From the NCBI GenBank assembly GCA_031275825.1, contig JAISOH010000059.1, positions 1-50,693 on the forward strand: a stretch of DNA of 50,693 nucleotides, written 5' to 3'. The notes under the pieces are model-generated. The model was not told where the DNA came from, did no database searches, and was given only the letters and a program-made list of their open reading frames with translations. The stretch's first letter is position 1. Every line of letters begins with the position of its first letter. Source of the DNA: Prevotellaceae bacterium (GTDB taxonomy: Bacteria; Bacteroidota; Bacteroidia; Bacteroidales; UBA932). Made by a program: the position numbers and the translations under genes. Positions 34,501 through 44,006 of the stretch are shown in pieces.

Positions 34501-37500
34501 ATGCAAAGTAAAGGAACTATCAAACTTATAACTGTTCTTTTGATTTTGGCTTGTTTGTACCAGTTGTCGTTTACATGGGTAACAAGCCGCGTCGAAAGCG
34601 CCGCAGACGAATTTGCAACAGTTGTTGATGAAAATGGAATAACAAAAATCGACGAAAAGAAACGAACAGAATATCTCGATTCAATAGCCACAACCAAGGT
34701 ATATCCGTTGGGACTGTTCAATTATAAAGAATGTCAGGAAAAAGAGCTGGCTCTTGGTCTTGACCTTAAAGGCGGCATGAATGTTATGCTCGAAATTTCG
34801 GTTGCCGATATGATAAAAGCATTGGCAAATAACAGCAATGATGCTGATTTTCAGAAAATACTTGCAGCAACCGAAGCAAAATACGCCAATAGCGGAAAAG
34901 ACTATTTGACGCTTTTTGATGAAACATGGAAAGAAATTGCGCCTGACAAAAAAATGTCATCCGTTTTTGTTTCGTATGACGGGCAAAAAGAAATAACCTA
35001 TTCCACATCAAACAAAGATATAATCGAAAAGTACATATCCGTTCAGGTTGAAAACACGATAAACAATTCATTCAACGTACTTCACAGTCGTATTGACCGT
35101 TTTGGAGTTGTTTCGCCGAATATTCAAAAAGTAGGCAATTCGGGCAGAATTTTAATTGAATTGCCGGGAGTAAAAGAACCCGAACGCGTACGTAAACTTT
35201 TACAGGGAACGGCAAGCCTTGAATTTTGGGAAACATTCGATTGCAGGCGGGACGGCATTAGTCAGTATATTATTGATGCGGATAAAAAAATAAAAGAGTT
35301 GAAAGATGCCGAAAAAGCGCTGGCAAAACAGTCAGATACAGTTTCGATAGCGCCTGCCGACACTGCCGGCATAAATCAGACCAATACTTTGCTTGCGGCA
35401 GCAGACAGCGCCGATGATGCGGAAAATTTAATCGGTAAATTAAATCAGGACAGTACAGGTACATCCGAAGCAACTCAACAGAATGTAAGAGAGCAATATC
35501 CATTGTTGTCGATATTACTGTTAAATGAAGATGTGAATAACAGAAATGAAAAAGTAAACAAAGCCTGCGTAGGTCGCGCACGCTACAGCGATACGGCAAA
35601 AATAAACGAAATGCTGGCGCTTCCTCAGATTAAACTGATGAAACCTGGCAATTTGCGCTTTTTGTGGACAAGCAAACCTGTTGGAACAGATGGAGTATTT
35701 TATGAATTGATAGCCATAAAAATTAATCCGCGCTATGAAAATAAAGCTCCGCTTTCAGGAGATGCCATAGTTGACGCCCGCAAAGAATTTAATCAGGCAA
35801 GCGGAAGTCCCTATCCGCATGTAAGCATGTCGATGAATTCAAGCGGAACCAAAATATGGGCGCAACTTACAAAAGAAGCGGCAGGCGAAAACTCTGATAA
35901 AAAAGATGAAATAGCAGTAGTGCTTGATGGTTATGTTTATTCATATCCATCGGTTAGTGAAGAAATAACGAGAGGAACTTCACAAATAACAGGGAGTTTT
36001 AGCACACAGGAAGCAGACGACCTTGTAAACGTTTTAAGTTCGGGAAAAATGCCCGCTCCTGCGCATATAGTTCAGGAAGCCGTTGTAGGACCAACATTGG
36101 GAAAAGAATCAATAAGCGCCGGAATGTTCTCGTTTCTGATAGCATTTCTGATGATTCTTATTTATATAGGGCTGTTCTATAATACAGCAGGTTTAGCGGC
36201 AAATGTAGCCTTAATAACCAACGTATTCCTTATTTTTGGAGTTTTGGCGTCATTCGGTGCAGTACTCACAATGCCCGGCATTGCAGGTATAGTACTTACG
36301 CTTGGTATGGCGGTAGACGCCAATATTATTATTTATGAACGCATAAAAGAAGAACATGCAACAGGAAAAGCCCTGCGTCTGGCAATCGCCGATGGATACA
36401 AAAATGCATATTCGGCAATTATCGATGGACAGCTGACAACTCTTATAACCGGCATAGTACTGTTATCGTACGGAACAGGACCCGTGAAAGGTTTTGCAAC
36501 AACGCTTATAATCGGTATCATAACATCGCTGTTTACTTCAATATTTATTTCCCGTTTGATTTTTGAATGGTTTTTAAATCATGGCAAAAACATAAAATTC
36601 GGATTTTCATGGTCGTTAAGGTTTTTGAAAAATACAAAAATCAAATTTATAGATGTACGCAGAAAAGTATTCGCCATTGTGGCTGTTATATTGATTGCGG
36701 GATTATCCGTGATGCTGGTAAAAGGAAATTTCGGCTTGTTTAAAAACAAAAAAACAGTTTATCTTGACTGGGCAAAAGTATTCAGTTTGGGAGTTGATTT
36801 TACTGGAGGAAGAACCTATGTCGTTCGTTTTGACAAAAACATTACAACAAACGAAGTGCGTGATGCGCTGCTGGCTGAAATGGGCGAAGCGTCCGAAGTA
36901 AAACAGTACGGTAATTCCGACCAAATGAAAATCACAACAAAATACAAATACGCCGACCAGTCTGAAAATGTGGATGCCGAAGTTGAAATCAGATTGCATA
37001 ATGCCTTAAAAGATTTATTTGTTAATAACGATATAACTTTGGAAGAATTTGTATCAACGCAAACCAATCCTTTTGGAATTATAAGTTCCGAAAAAGTAGG
37101 ACCTGCAATAGCAAGCGATATTACGCGAAATGCCGTTTGGGCGGTTATTATTTCCCTTTGCCTTATATTTGTTTATATTGCCATTCGCTTTTCGCAGTGG
37201 CAGTGGGGATTGGGCGGCGTTTTAGCATTAACTGCAAATGCATTGTTCACTCTGTCTCTGTTTTCATTCGGATCTGGAATTTTTCCGTGGGGAATGGAAA
37301 TCAACCAAACATTTATTGCCGCCATGCTCACAATAATCGGATATTCGATAAACGATACGGTGATTATTTTTGACCGTATCAGAGAATATCGCCGGCTTTA
37401 TCCCAAACATCATTTGAGCAACAATATCAACGATGCGATAAATGCAACTCTTGCCAGAACCCTGAATACATCCGCTACAACAATATTTGTTCTTTTGGTA

Positions 37501-37674
37501 ATATTTTTCTTTGGCGGCGATGTTATTCGCGGATTTGCATTTGCAATGACTGTGGGAATCATGTTTGGTACATTCTCGTCAATATTTATTGCAACGCCTG
37601 TTGCTTACGAATTGATACAGTACAGGCAAAAAGCAAAAACAAAAGTTGTGAAGCCCGAACTGTTGAAACGATAA
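34501..37674 (+). CDS. secDF: protein translocase subunit SecDF (fused)
   Basis: 1057 aa. It has an N-terminal TM, a large periplasmic domain, and two 6-TM blocks with the conserved LGLDLKGG, GPTLG and IIIYERIKEE / IIFDRIREY motifs. Confidence 0.95.
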   Translation: MQSKGTIKLITVLLILACLYQLSFTWVTSRVESAADEFATVVDENGITKIDEKKRTEYLDSIATTKVYPLGLFNYKECQEKELALGLDLKGGMNVMLEISVADMIKALANNSNDADFQKILAATEAKYANSGKDYLTLFDETWKEIAPDKKMSSVFVSYDGQKEITYSTSNKDIIEKYISVQVENTINNSFNVLHSRIDRFGVVSPNIQKVGNSGRILIELPGVKEPERVRKLLQGTASLEFWETFDCRRDGISQYIIDADKKIKELKDAEKALAKQSDTVSIAPADTAGINQTNTLLAAADSADDAENLIGKLNQDSTGTSEATQQNVREQYPLLSILLLNEDVNNRNEKVNKACVGRARYSDTAKINEMLALPQIKLMKPGNLRFLWTSKPVGTDGVFYELIAIKINPRYENKAPLSGDAIVDARKEFNQASGSPYPHVSMSMNSSGTKIWAQLTKEAAGENSDKKDEIAVVLDGYVYSYPSVSEEITRGTSQITGSFSTQEADDLVNVLSSGKMPAPAHIVQEAVVGPTLGKESISAGMFSFLIAFLMILIYIGLFYNTAGLAANVALITNVFLIFGVLASFGAVLTMPGIAGIVLTLGMAVDANIIIYERIKEEHATGKALRLAIADGYKNAYSAIIDGQLTTLITGIVLLSYGTGPVKGFATTLIIGIITSLFTSIFISRLIFEWFLNHGKNIKFGFSWSLRFLKNTKIKFIDVRRKVFAIVAVILIAGLSVMLVKGNFGLFKNKKTVYLDWAKVFSLGVDFTGGRTYVVRFDKNITTNEVRDALLAEMGEASEVKQYGNSDQMKITTKYKYADQSENVDAEVEIRLHNALKDLFVNNDITLEEFVSTQTNPFGIISSEKVGPAIASDITRNAVWAVIISLCLIFVYIAIRFSQWQWGLGGVLALTANALFTLSLFSFGSGIFPWGMEINQTFIAAMLTIIGYSINDTVIIFDRIREYRRLYPKHHLSNNINDAINATLARTLNTSATTIFVLLVIFFFGGDVIRGFAFAMTVGIMFGTFSSIFIATPVAYELIQYRQKAKTKVVKPELLKR

Positions 37675-37703
37675 TGTTTTTAATTGATAATATTTAAGCA
37701 GTT

Positions 37704-37735
37704 GAACTGTCGATTTTTTCGGCAGTTCTTTTTTT
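37704..37735 (+). terminator. hairpin plus T7 after secDF
   Basis: GAACTGTCG (37704-37712) pairs with CGGCAGTTC (37720-37728) with one mismatch, followed by TTTTTTT. Confidence 0.55.
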
Positions 37736-38062
37736 ATCATTAAGGAGAAACTGTTTACTCTTGAATGGTAATCATAACATGCGAAAATTTTATTAGACGT
37801 TTAGCAGGCGGCGGCGTTCCCTCATGTCATTATCCAAAATCGGAGTTGTCGGCAGCCTTTGATTTTTCTCTTCTTTTATATTTGATTTTAATTAAAAAAA
37901 GAAAAAATATTTAAAAAATTCTTGCATAATTTAAAAACTGTTTTATATCTTTGTAATATTTTTTATAAAAAATTAAGCAAATATTAATGAATAAAACGTG
38001 TGAAAATACTAAAATTGTTGATAAAAAAACCGATGAATATTTGGCGGTTTCGAATATTTTGC

Positions 38063-38124
<62 letters not shown>

Positions 38125-38348
38125 CATCAACAGGTCTGCATAATTATAACGCGCGCGGAATATAAAAAAACTTTTTTTAATAAGATAGATCCCGCAAACT
38201 CAAATTGCAGGAATTTCTCAATAAAAATTTTTTCCGCCATTTCGCAGTTTACACTCGCCTTTATAGATTATTGGAATACTCGAGGCTGTCGGCTTTCGAC
38301 TGTTTCGTGTTTTTATCATATTAACAATAAAATAAAATATAAAAAATT

Positions 38349-39080
38349 ATGGCAACAATTTTACACAAAATCAAGGCGTATTTGTACAGCAATGCGCTGA
38401 CCGACAACCCTAACGACTATATTGCGAGGGTAAGTTCGGAACGCTCGCTGAGCGTAAATGACATTTGCGAATCGGCAATAACGCGCGGCGGCGCTGATAT
38501 TTCGGCTGCGGCTATGGAACACGCCGTAAACCTGTGGCTTAAAGAAATGGGTTACCGTCTTTGCGACGGATTTTCGATTAATACGGGCTGGTTTACGGCG
38601 AGCACCCACATCAAAGGCGTGTTTGACAGTCCAAACGAACATTTTGACCCCGAAAAACACACTGTCCTGTTTGAGTTTCAGCAGGGCTCGCTTCTGCGCA
38701 GGGAACTTGAATCAATAAGCGTGGACATACTCGGAGTTGCCGATTCGGCTCTGCGCATTTTGCAGGTTACGGATGTCAAAACAGGCTCGGTGAACGACAT
38801 CCTCACGCCCGACCGCAACCTCAAAATCAGCGGTAACAAAATCAAAATTGCGGGCGACAATGCGGCTAACGGCGTGTACTTTGTAAACCAAACCACGCAG
38901 GAACGCACTGCCGTAGATGCTTCGGACATCGTAACAAACAACCCTTCGGAGTTGATAATTGTGATTCCCGCGCTGACGGCGGGAACGTATTCGCTGGAGA
39001 TTGCAACGCAGTATGCGGTAGGCGCCTTACTGAAAGAGCCAAGAACGGCAATCTTCGACAAACCTCTGACGGTACAGTGA
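38349..39080 (+). CDS. Bacteroidota HU-like DNA-binding N-domain plus Ig-like (DUF4469-type) C-domain protein
   Basis: 243 aa. I recall the N-terminus MATILHKIKAYLYSNALTDNPNDYIARVSSERSLSVNDICESAITRGGADISAAAMEHAVNL from this family. The C-terminal part LKISGNKIKIAGDNAANGVYFVNQTT...PSELIIVIPALTAGTYSLEI fits the Ig-like domain. GC is clearly higher than in neighbouring genes. Confidence 0.65.
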   Translation: MATILHKIKAYLYSNALTDNPNDYIARVSSERSLSVNDICESAITRGGADISAAAMEHAVNLWLKEMGYRLCDGFSINTGWFTASTHIKGVFDSPNEHFDPEKHTVLFEFQQGSLLRRELESISVDILGVADSALRILQVTDVKTGSVNDILTPDRNLKISGNKIKIAGDNAANGVYFVNQTTQERTAVDASDIVTNNPSELIIVIPALTAGTYSLEIATQYAVGALLKEPRTAIFDKPLTVQ

Positions 39081-39083
39081 TTA

Positions 39084-39198
39084 ACAGTCAAAGACCTTTT
39101 GTCCGTACAGTCAAAGACCTTTTGACAGCACAGCCAAAGACCTTTTGACAGCACAGCCAAAGACCTTTTGACAGCACAGCCAAAGATCTTTTGACTGA
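39084..39198 (+). repeat. 5 x 23-bp tandem repeat
   Basis: The unit is ACAG(C/T)CAAAGACCTTTTGACAGC. Units start at 39084, 39107, 39130, 39153 and 39176. The array begins 4 nt after the stop of 38349-39080. Confidence 0.9.
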
Positions 39199-39224
39199 AC
39201 GGAACAGGAGGCAGGATTAAATCT

Positions 39225-39286
39225 AACGGCGGAACCCGAAAAGCCGGAACAGAGTAGGGATTTTTTACAGAACGTATTTTTTTAAT
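39225..39286 (+). repeat. 62-bp intergenic element, copy 1
   Basis: AACGGCGGAACCCGAAAAGCCGGAACAGAGTAGGGATTTTTTACAGAACGTATTTTTTTAAT. It is repeated at 43716-43777 with one indel and one mismatch. Confidence 0.85.
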
Positions 39287-39335
39287 TGTAAAAACAGTGA
39301 AATCTTTAGTTTGTAATTTTTTAATATGGAATTTT

Positions 39336-40298
39336 ATGAAAAGAATGAATCTGAGACGAATACTTTTAGTTCCGGTATTCCTGTTTGCAACAATGGCAGC
39401 AGTGCCGGCGCAAACCACAGCCGCAAAAAAAACAGACCGGGACAAAAGCGGCTTAAAAGGTAAGGTGAAAAGTGCGGAAATGATTACTTACGAAACAATA
39501 AACAAATTCGGCGAACTTACCAAAGGAGAGATAAATGAGCATACATTAGTAAAATATGATGCTAAAGGGAATGGGACTGAATATAATAAATATAACTCCG
39601 GTGGCAGTTTAATTGAAAAACAGACTTACAAATACGACGCCAAAGGGAATATGACTGAATATAATAAATATAACTCCGGTGGCAGTTTAATTGAAAAACA
39701 GACTTACAAATACGACGCCAAAGCGAACATGGTTGAATATAATGCATATAACTCCGATGGCAGTTTAGATTGTATAAATACTTACAAATACGATGACGGA
39801 GGGAACAAGATTGAACAGAATCAATTTTGCCCGAACAAAAGATTATCCTGGAAGTGGAACTGGAGTAAAACCTGGAAATATAATGCTAAAGGGAAGGTGA
39901 TTGAACATAATAACCCTGTAACTTCTCCCGATGGCAATTTAATGGCAAAACAGACTTGGGAATACGATGCCACCGGAGAAAATGCGATTGAATATAATAA
40001 ATATAACCCCGATGGCAGTTTAGATTATAAAAATACTTGGAAATATGACGGCAGAGGAAATATGATTGAACAGAATGTATATAGTTCCAATGGCAGTTTA
40101 CATCATAAAAATACCTGGAAATATGACGACAGAGGCAACCGGATAGAGGAAAACCGGTATAACTCCGGTGGCAGTTTAGAACATAAAGAGACTCGGGAAT
40201 ATGACAACAAAGGGAATACGGTTAAAATGACTGAGTATAAAGGCGAAGTAAGTATTGCCACAAAAATTATTGAGCAAATCATAGAATATTATGAATAA
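39336..40298 (+). CDS. secreted protein built of YD-like repeats, paralog 1
   Basis: I place the start at MKRMNLRRILLVPVFLFATMAAVPAQ (a signal peptide). The body is about 26-aa repeats of the form (Y/W)KYDxxGNxxExxxYNxDGSLxxKxT. It ends in IIEYYE*. Confidence 0.6.
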   Translation: MKRMNLRRILLVPVFLFATMAAVPAQTTAAKKTDRDKSGLKGKVKSAEMITYETINKFGELTKGEINEHTLVKYDAKGNGTEYNKYNSGGSLIEKQTYKYDAKGNMTEYNKYNSGGSLIEKQTYKYDAKANMVEYNAYNSDGSLDCINTYKYDDGGNKIEQNQFCPNKRLSWKWNWSKTWKYNAKGKVIEHNNPVTSPDGNLMAKQTWEYDATGENAIEYNKYNPDGSLDYKNTWKYDGRGNMIEQNVYSSNGSLHHKNTWKYDDRGNRIEENRYNSGGSLEHKETREYDNKGNTVKMTEYKGEVSIATKIIEQIIEYYE

Positions 40299-41067
40299 AA
40301 AAAATAAAAAAATGAAACGTATAATATTATTAACATTATTCGCAGCAGCGATGGCAGTATGCGGCGTAGCCCAAACCGCAGATTTGAAAGGCAAAGTGAA
40401 AAGCATAAGAGTAATCCCTTATGAAGCAAGGGAAGAGTCCGGATATCTTACCAAAGAGTATATAAGCGAATGGGAATATAATTACATGATTAAATATAAT
40501 GACAAAGGTTATATGACAGACCGGATATACTACAAATACGACGGCAGTTTAGAAAGTAGAAATACATATACTTATAAATATGACGCGCAGAGCAACATGA
40601 CAGAGAAGTACAGGTATGACTCAAACGGCAGTTTAGATGAGCAAATAAAATACAAATATGACGCCAAAGGCAAGATGACAGAGTCCAGCGTGTATAATTC
40701 GGACGGCAGTTTGAGGTATAAGTACACTTATAAATATAACGCACAGGGCAAAATAACAGAGCAAAACAGATATAAACCGGACGGCAGTTTATTCGACAAA
40801 TATACTTACAAATATGACGCTAATGGAAATCGAACAGAAACGAACGATTATAATTCGGACGGCAGTTTAAGGAGTAAAGAAACTTCTAAATATGATACCG
40901 GAGGCAACGAGATAGAATATAACAGGTATAAATCAGACGGCAAATTAAACAGGAAAGGTACTTTTAAATACAGATATGATAATAAGGGCAACTGGATTGA
41001 ACAGACAGCATATTACGACTCGGATGCTCCGATTATCATTGAACGTACAATAGAATATTATGAATAA
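40291..41067 (+). CDS. secreted protein built of YD-like repeats, paralog 2
   Basis: It has a signal peptide (possibly starting at 40312, MKRIILLTLFAAAMAVCG), the shared GKVKS motif and the same repeat type. It ends in IEYYE*. Its ATG overlaps the stop of paralog 1 (TATGAATAA). Confidence 0.6.
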   Translation: MNKKNKKMKRIILLTLFAAAMAVCGVAQTADLKGKVKSIRVIPYEAREESGYLTKEYISEWEYNYMIKYNDKGYMTDRIYYKYDGSLESRNTYTYKYDAQSNMTEKYRYDSNGSLDEQIKYKYDAKGKMTESSVYNSDGSLRYKYTYKYNAQGKITEQNRYKPDGSLFDKYTYKYDANGNRTETNDYNSDGSLRSKETSKYDTGGNEIEYNRYKSDGKLNRKGTFKYRYDNKGNWIEQTAYYDSDAPIIIERTIEYYE

Positions 41068-42214
41068 AATGAATAATGAAACAATAAAAATGAAAACAAT
41101 TTTAACAATTCTAATGCTTTGCGGGGTTTGCTGCGGCAATGCGCAAAAAAACGACGTAGAAAACGACGGTTTGAAAGGCAACGTTAAAACAGTTAAATAT
41201 GACGTGTATCAGGCGTCGGTTACCGCCGCCGGCGTTGTTCCGGGTGAAAAAACAGAGGACACCAAAAGCCATTACTGGAGGTCATACGACCGCAACGGAA
41301 ACTCGCTTCACAGTGTATATTACCGTAAAGACGGGACAAAGTATTCCGAATATATTTACGGCAACGGTAAACTGATACGGTATAACATGTATAACGATTA
41401 TGAAGAAATATACGAATATATTCAATATGAATATAACAGCAGGGGGAAACCCGTTTTAGAAAGCACTTACGAAAATGGCGACGAGGATGAATTTCGCACG
41501 GGATTTTATGGCAATAAACAAACAGCCAATACCATTTACGGACACTTGGATAGAACGTGCGAATATACATACGACGCCAATGACAGGGTTATAAAAAAAA
41601 TGTATAAATCGTATGATTATAAAAATGAACTTTCCTTTCAGAGCCTCGCAGAATATACGTATGACAGTGCAGGCAAAATGACCGGTAAATATGAACGCAG
41701 GGCATTTAATAAACACAGCAACGGCGTTGAAGAAAGATGTACTTATACCTATGACGCCAAAGGGAAACTGGTGGAAGAAATTATTTATACCCGTCATGGC
41801 AGTAATTATGACAAACCCATGAACAGAAAATATTATTACGACGCCAATGACCGGTTGATCCTGAAAGAACAGTATTATCCACCCGGCAAAAAATCACGAA
41901 GCGAAACATATACCCGCGACAGCAACGGTAGAACCGTTAAATATGAAGTATGGGACAGCAGCAGCAGGTTGAATGCAACAGATATTGTAAACCGGGACTA
42001 CAGCGGCACGGAAATAGACGAATGTAGCTATGATGATAAAGGGAATATCGTAGCAAGGACACTGACAGATAAAAACGGCGTTATACAAAAAGTTGAAATA
42101 ACATACGAATACGACGCACACGGGAACATAATAAAAAATATTCAGAAATACAGCCGGAATAATGAGCCTTTTAAGTACAGTTTAATTTGTATACAGGAAA
42201 TAGAATATTATTAA
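41060..42214 (+). CDS. secreted protein built of YD-like repeats, paralog 3 (more diverged)
   Basis: It has a signal peptide, GLKGNVKTVKY and YTYDANDR / YTYDAKGK / YEYDAHGN repeats. It ends in IEYY*. The same ATG/stop overlap is seen with paralog 2. Confidence 0.6.
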   Translation: MNKMNNETIKMKTILTILMLCGVCCGNAQKNDVENDGLKGNVKTVKYDVYQASVTAAGVVPGEKTEDTKSHYWRSYDRNGNSLHSVYYRKDGTKYSEYIYGNGKLIRYNMYNDYEEIYEYIQYEYNSRGKPVLESTYENGDEDEFRTGFYGNKQTANTIYGHLDRTCEYTYDANDRVIKKMYKSYDYKNELSFQSLAEYTYDSAGKMTGKYERRAFNKHSNGVEERCTYTYDAKGKLVEEIIYTRHGSNYDKPMNRKYYYDANDRLILKEQYYPPGKKSRSETYTRDSNGRTVKYEVWDSSSRLNATDIVNRDYSGTEIDECSYDDKGNIVARTLTDKNGVIQKVEITYEYDAHGNIIKNIQKYSRNNEPFKYSLICIQEIEYY

Positions 42215-42337
42215 TTATTAAACAGCGTACTCGACACGGGCGATATTTGCAGGCAGGAAATAATTTCCACAATAAAAAACGTTTCGGGCTAACGCCCTCG
42301 CAATGACGAAAAAAAATAAATTAAAAATTAAAATACA

Positions 42338-43711
42338 ATGAAAAAGAGTATCAATTTATCAGGCTTAATACTGCTGACAGCAGTATGTATTTTTGCTTCG
42401 GCGGCAACAGTATATGCTAATGAACAGATTGTTATGAAAACAGCTGGAGATTATGTATCCTTTAACATAACAAGAAATTGTGTAGAGAGAATAGATTGGG
42501 GAGACGGAACAACGGCGACACTTTACGACTCGGATTACTCGAATAACGAGATTAACAGTTTTACACATAAGTATTCGGATAAAAGATCGCGCACAATTGT
42601 TATAACAGCCAAAGCCTCTATTTACACGTTTGTTTGCATAAACGGAGATTTAACAAGTTTGGACGTAAGTAAATGTCTGCATTTGGGTTATCTAACTTGC
42701 CGCAAAAATCAATTAACGAGTTTGGATATAGACAAATGTACGGAGTTAGAAGATTTAGATTGCGCCGAAAATCAATTGACGCAATTAGATATTAATGCCT
42801 GTCCGAAACTGAGATCTTTGTCTTGTTACAACAATTCATTAACATATCTGGATTTGAGCAAAGCCGCTGCATTGAAGACATTCAACTGCGACAAAACCCG
42901 GATATCCAGTATAGATTTACGTAAACTTCCTGCACTGACAGGTTTATCTTGCAGCGGCACGCCAATATCGGAACTGCATATTGAGCATTGCCCGTTGCTT
43001 AAGTATCTGTATTGTTCCGGAACGCGACTGCAACAGCTCGATTGCAACGCCTGTCCGCAGTTGGAAAAACTGGATTGCAGCAGAATCCCGATACATTATT
43101 TATATGTTGACAAATGTACAGAATTGAAGGAACTTAATTGCAGCGAAACGGAACTGTACAGTTTGGATGTACGGGGAAACACAAAATTGTATAAACTAAT
43201 AGTATTCAAATGCAAAATGTTGCAGGAACTGCGGTACGACCGCGATAGAATAATATCAGCGGGTAACGGTTATGGTGTTGTCAATGATTCGGACTGTCCA
43301 TTACTGCCTAAACCAAATCCGCAAGGCACAATTTCGATAAATATGCGCAACGCTAACAACGGCAACACAATTGTTATCATAAATGATTTCGACAATAAGG
43401 GTTTTTACATAGATGCGGAAAACTTTGAAGGCAAGGACTGGCAATTTGTAAAAATTGGTGCAACAAAAGGATTGGGTCACATGTACCGCCCCATAGGTTA
43501 CTATATACAGACATACAAGCCGAAATGGTCAGACCGCGTATCGGTAACTCCCGGGTATGGATATATCGCCCGCTGCCGTTACGGCGCTTGGCATGGTTAC
43601 CTTATAATATATGTTGTAAGGGAAATAATAAGCGCCGAAGATGGAAAATCTGTCATAGGTGCGGAGATAGATTATGTGGAAAACGGAAAGTATCCAGTAA
43701 GAGTGCAGTAA
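42338..43711 (+). CDS. secreted leucine-rich-repeat protein
   Basis: 457 aa with a signal peptide. It has about 9 repeats of roughly 22-23 aa of the form LTSLD(V/I)xxCxxLxxLxCxxNxL, followed by a non-repeat C-terminal domain. Confidence 0.75.
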   Translation: MKKSINLSGLILLTAVCIFASAATVYANEQIVMKTAGDYVSFNITRNCVERIDWGDGTTATLYDSDYSNNEINSFTHKYSDKRSRTIVITAKASIYTFVCINGDLTSLDVSKCLHLGYLTCRKNQLTSLDIDKCTELEDLDCAENQLTQLDINACPKLRSLSCYNNSLTYLDLSKAAALKTFNCDKTRISSIDLRKLPALTGLSCSGTPISELHIEHCPLLKYLYCSGTRLQQLDCNACPQLEKLDCSRIPIHYLYVDKCTELKELNCSETELYSLDVRGNTKLYKLIVFKCKMLQELRYDRDRIISAGNGYGVVNDSDCPLLPKPNPQGTISINMRNANNGNTIVIINDFDNKGFYIDAENFEGKDWQFVKIGATKGLGHMYRPIGYYIQTYKPKWSDRVSVTPGYGYIARCRYGAWHGYLIIYVVREIISAEDGKSVIGAEIDYVENGKYPVRVQ

Positions 43712-43715
43712 TTTC

Positions 43716-43777
43716 AACGGCGGAACCCGAAAAGCCGGAACAGAGTAGGGATTTTTTAACAGAAGTATTTTTTTAAT
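43716..43777 (+). repeat. 62-bp intergenic element, copy 2
   Basis: See 39225-39286. It starts 5 nt after the stop of the LRR gene. Confidence 0.85.
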
Positions 43778-44006
43778 CATTTAACAGTTGCGCCCGACAC
43801 ATATCAGGGATTATAAAATGAAAAAACTGTATCTACTCTTTGTGATGTTCGCGGCGGCGCGATTAGGGCTTGAAGAATGTCAGAACTGGCTGCGGGATAA
43901 CGGGTATAGCTGGTAGAATAAATAATTTAATCGGGATACGTAATACGGATTACATAATACAATTAATAAATAACAAATTAAAAAAATAAATAAAATTACA
44001 AAAATA

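Noticed and set aside
39084-39198. Possible CRISPR array
   Set aside because: The repeats are directly abutting, with no spacers, and there are no cas genes in the window. It is a plain tandem repeat.
38678-39445. 255-aa minus-strand ORF
   Set aside because: It is antisense to the higher-GC gene 38349-39080 and runs through the 23-bp tandem array and the 62-bp repeat. It has a low-complexity, Arg/Ser/Cys-rich composition typical of antisense frames in GC-richer DNA.
43818-43916. 32-aa ORF MKKLYLLFVMFAAARLGLEECQNWLRDNGYSW
   Set aside because: It has a signal-like N-terminus, but there is no paralog, no conserved context and no flanking regulatory signal. There is not enough evidence to call it.
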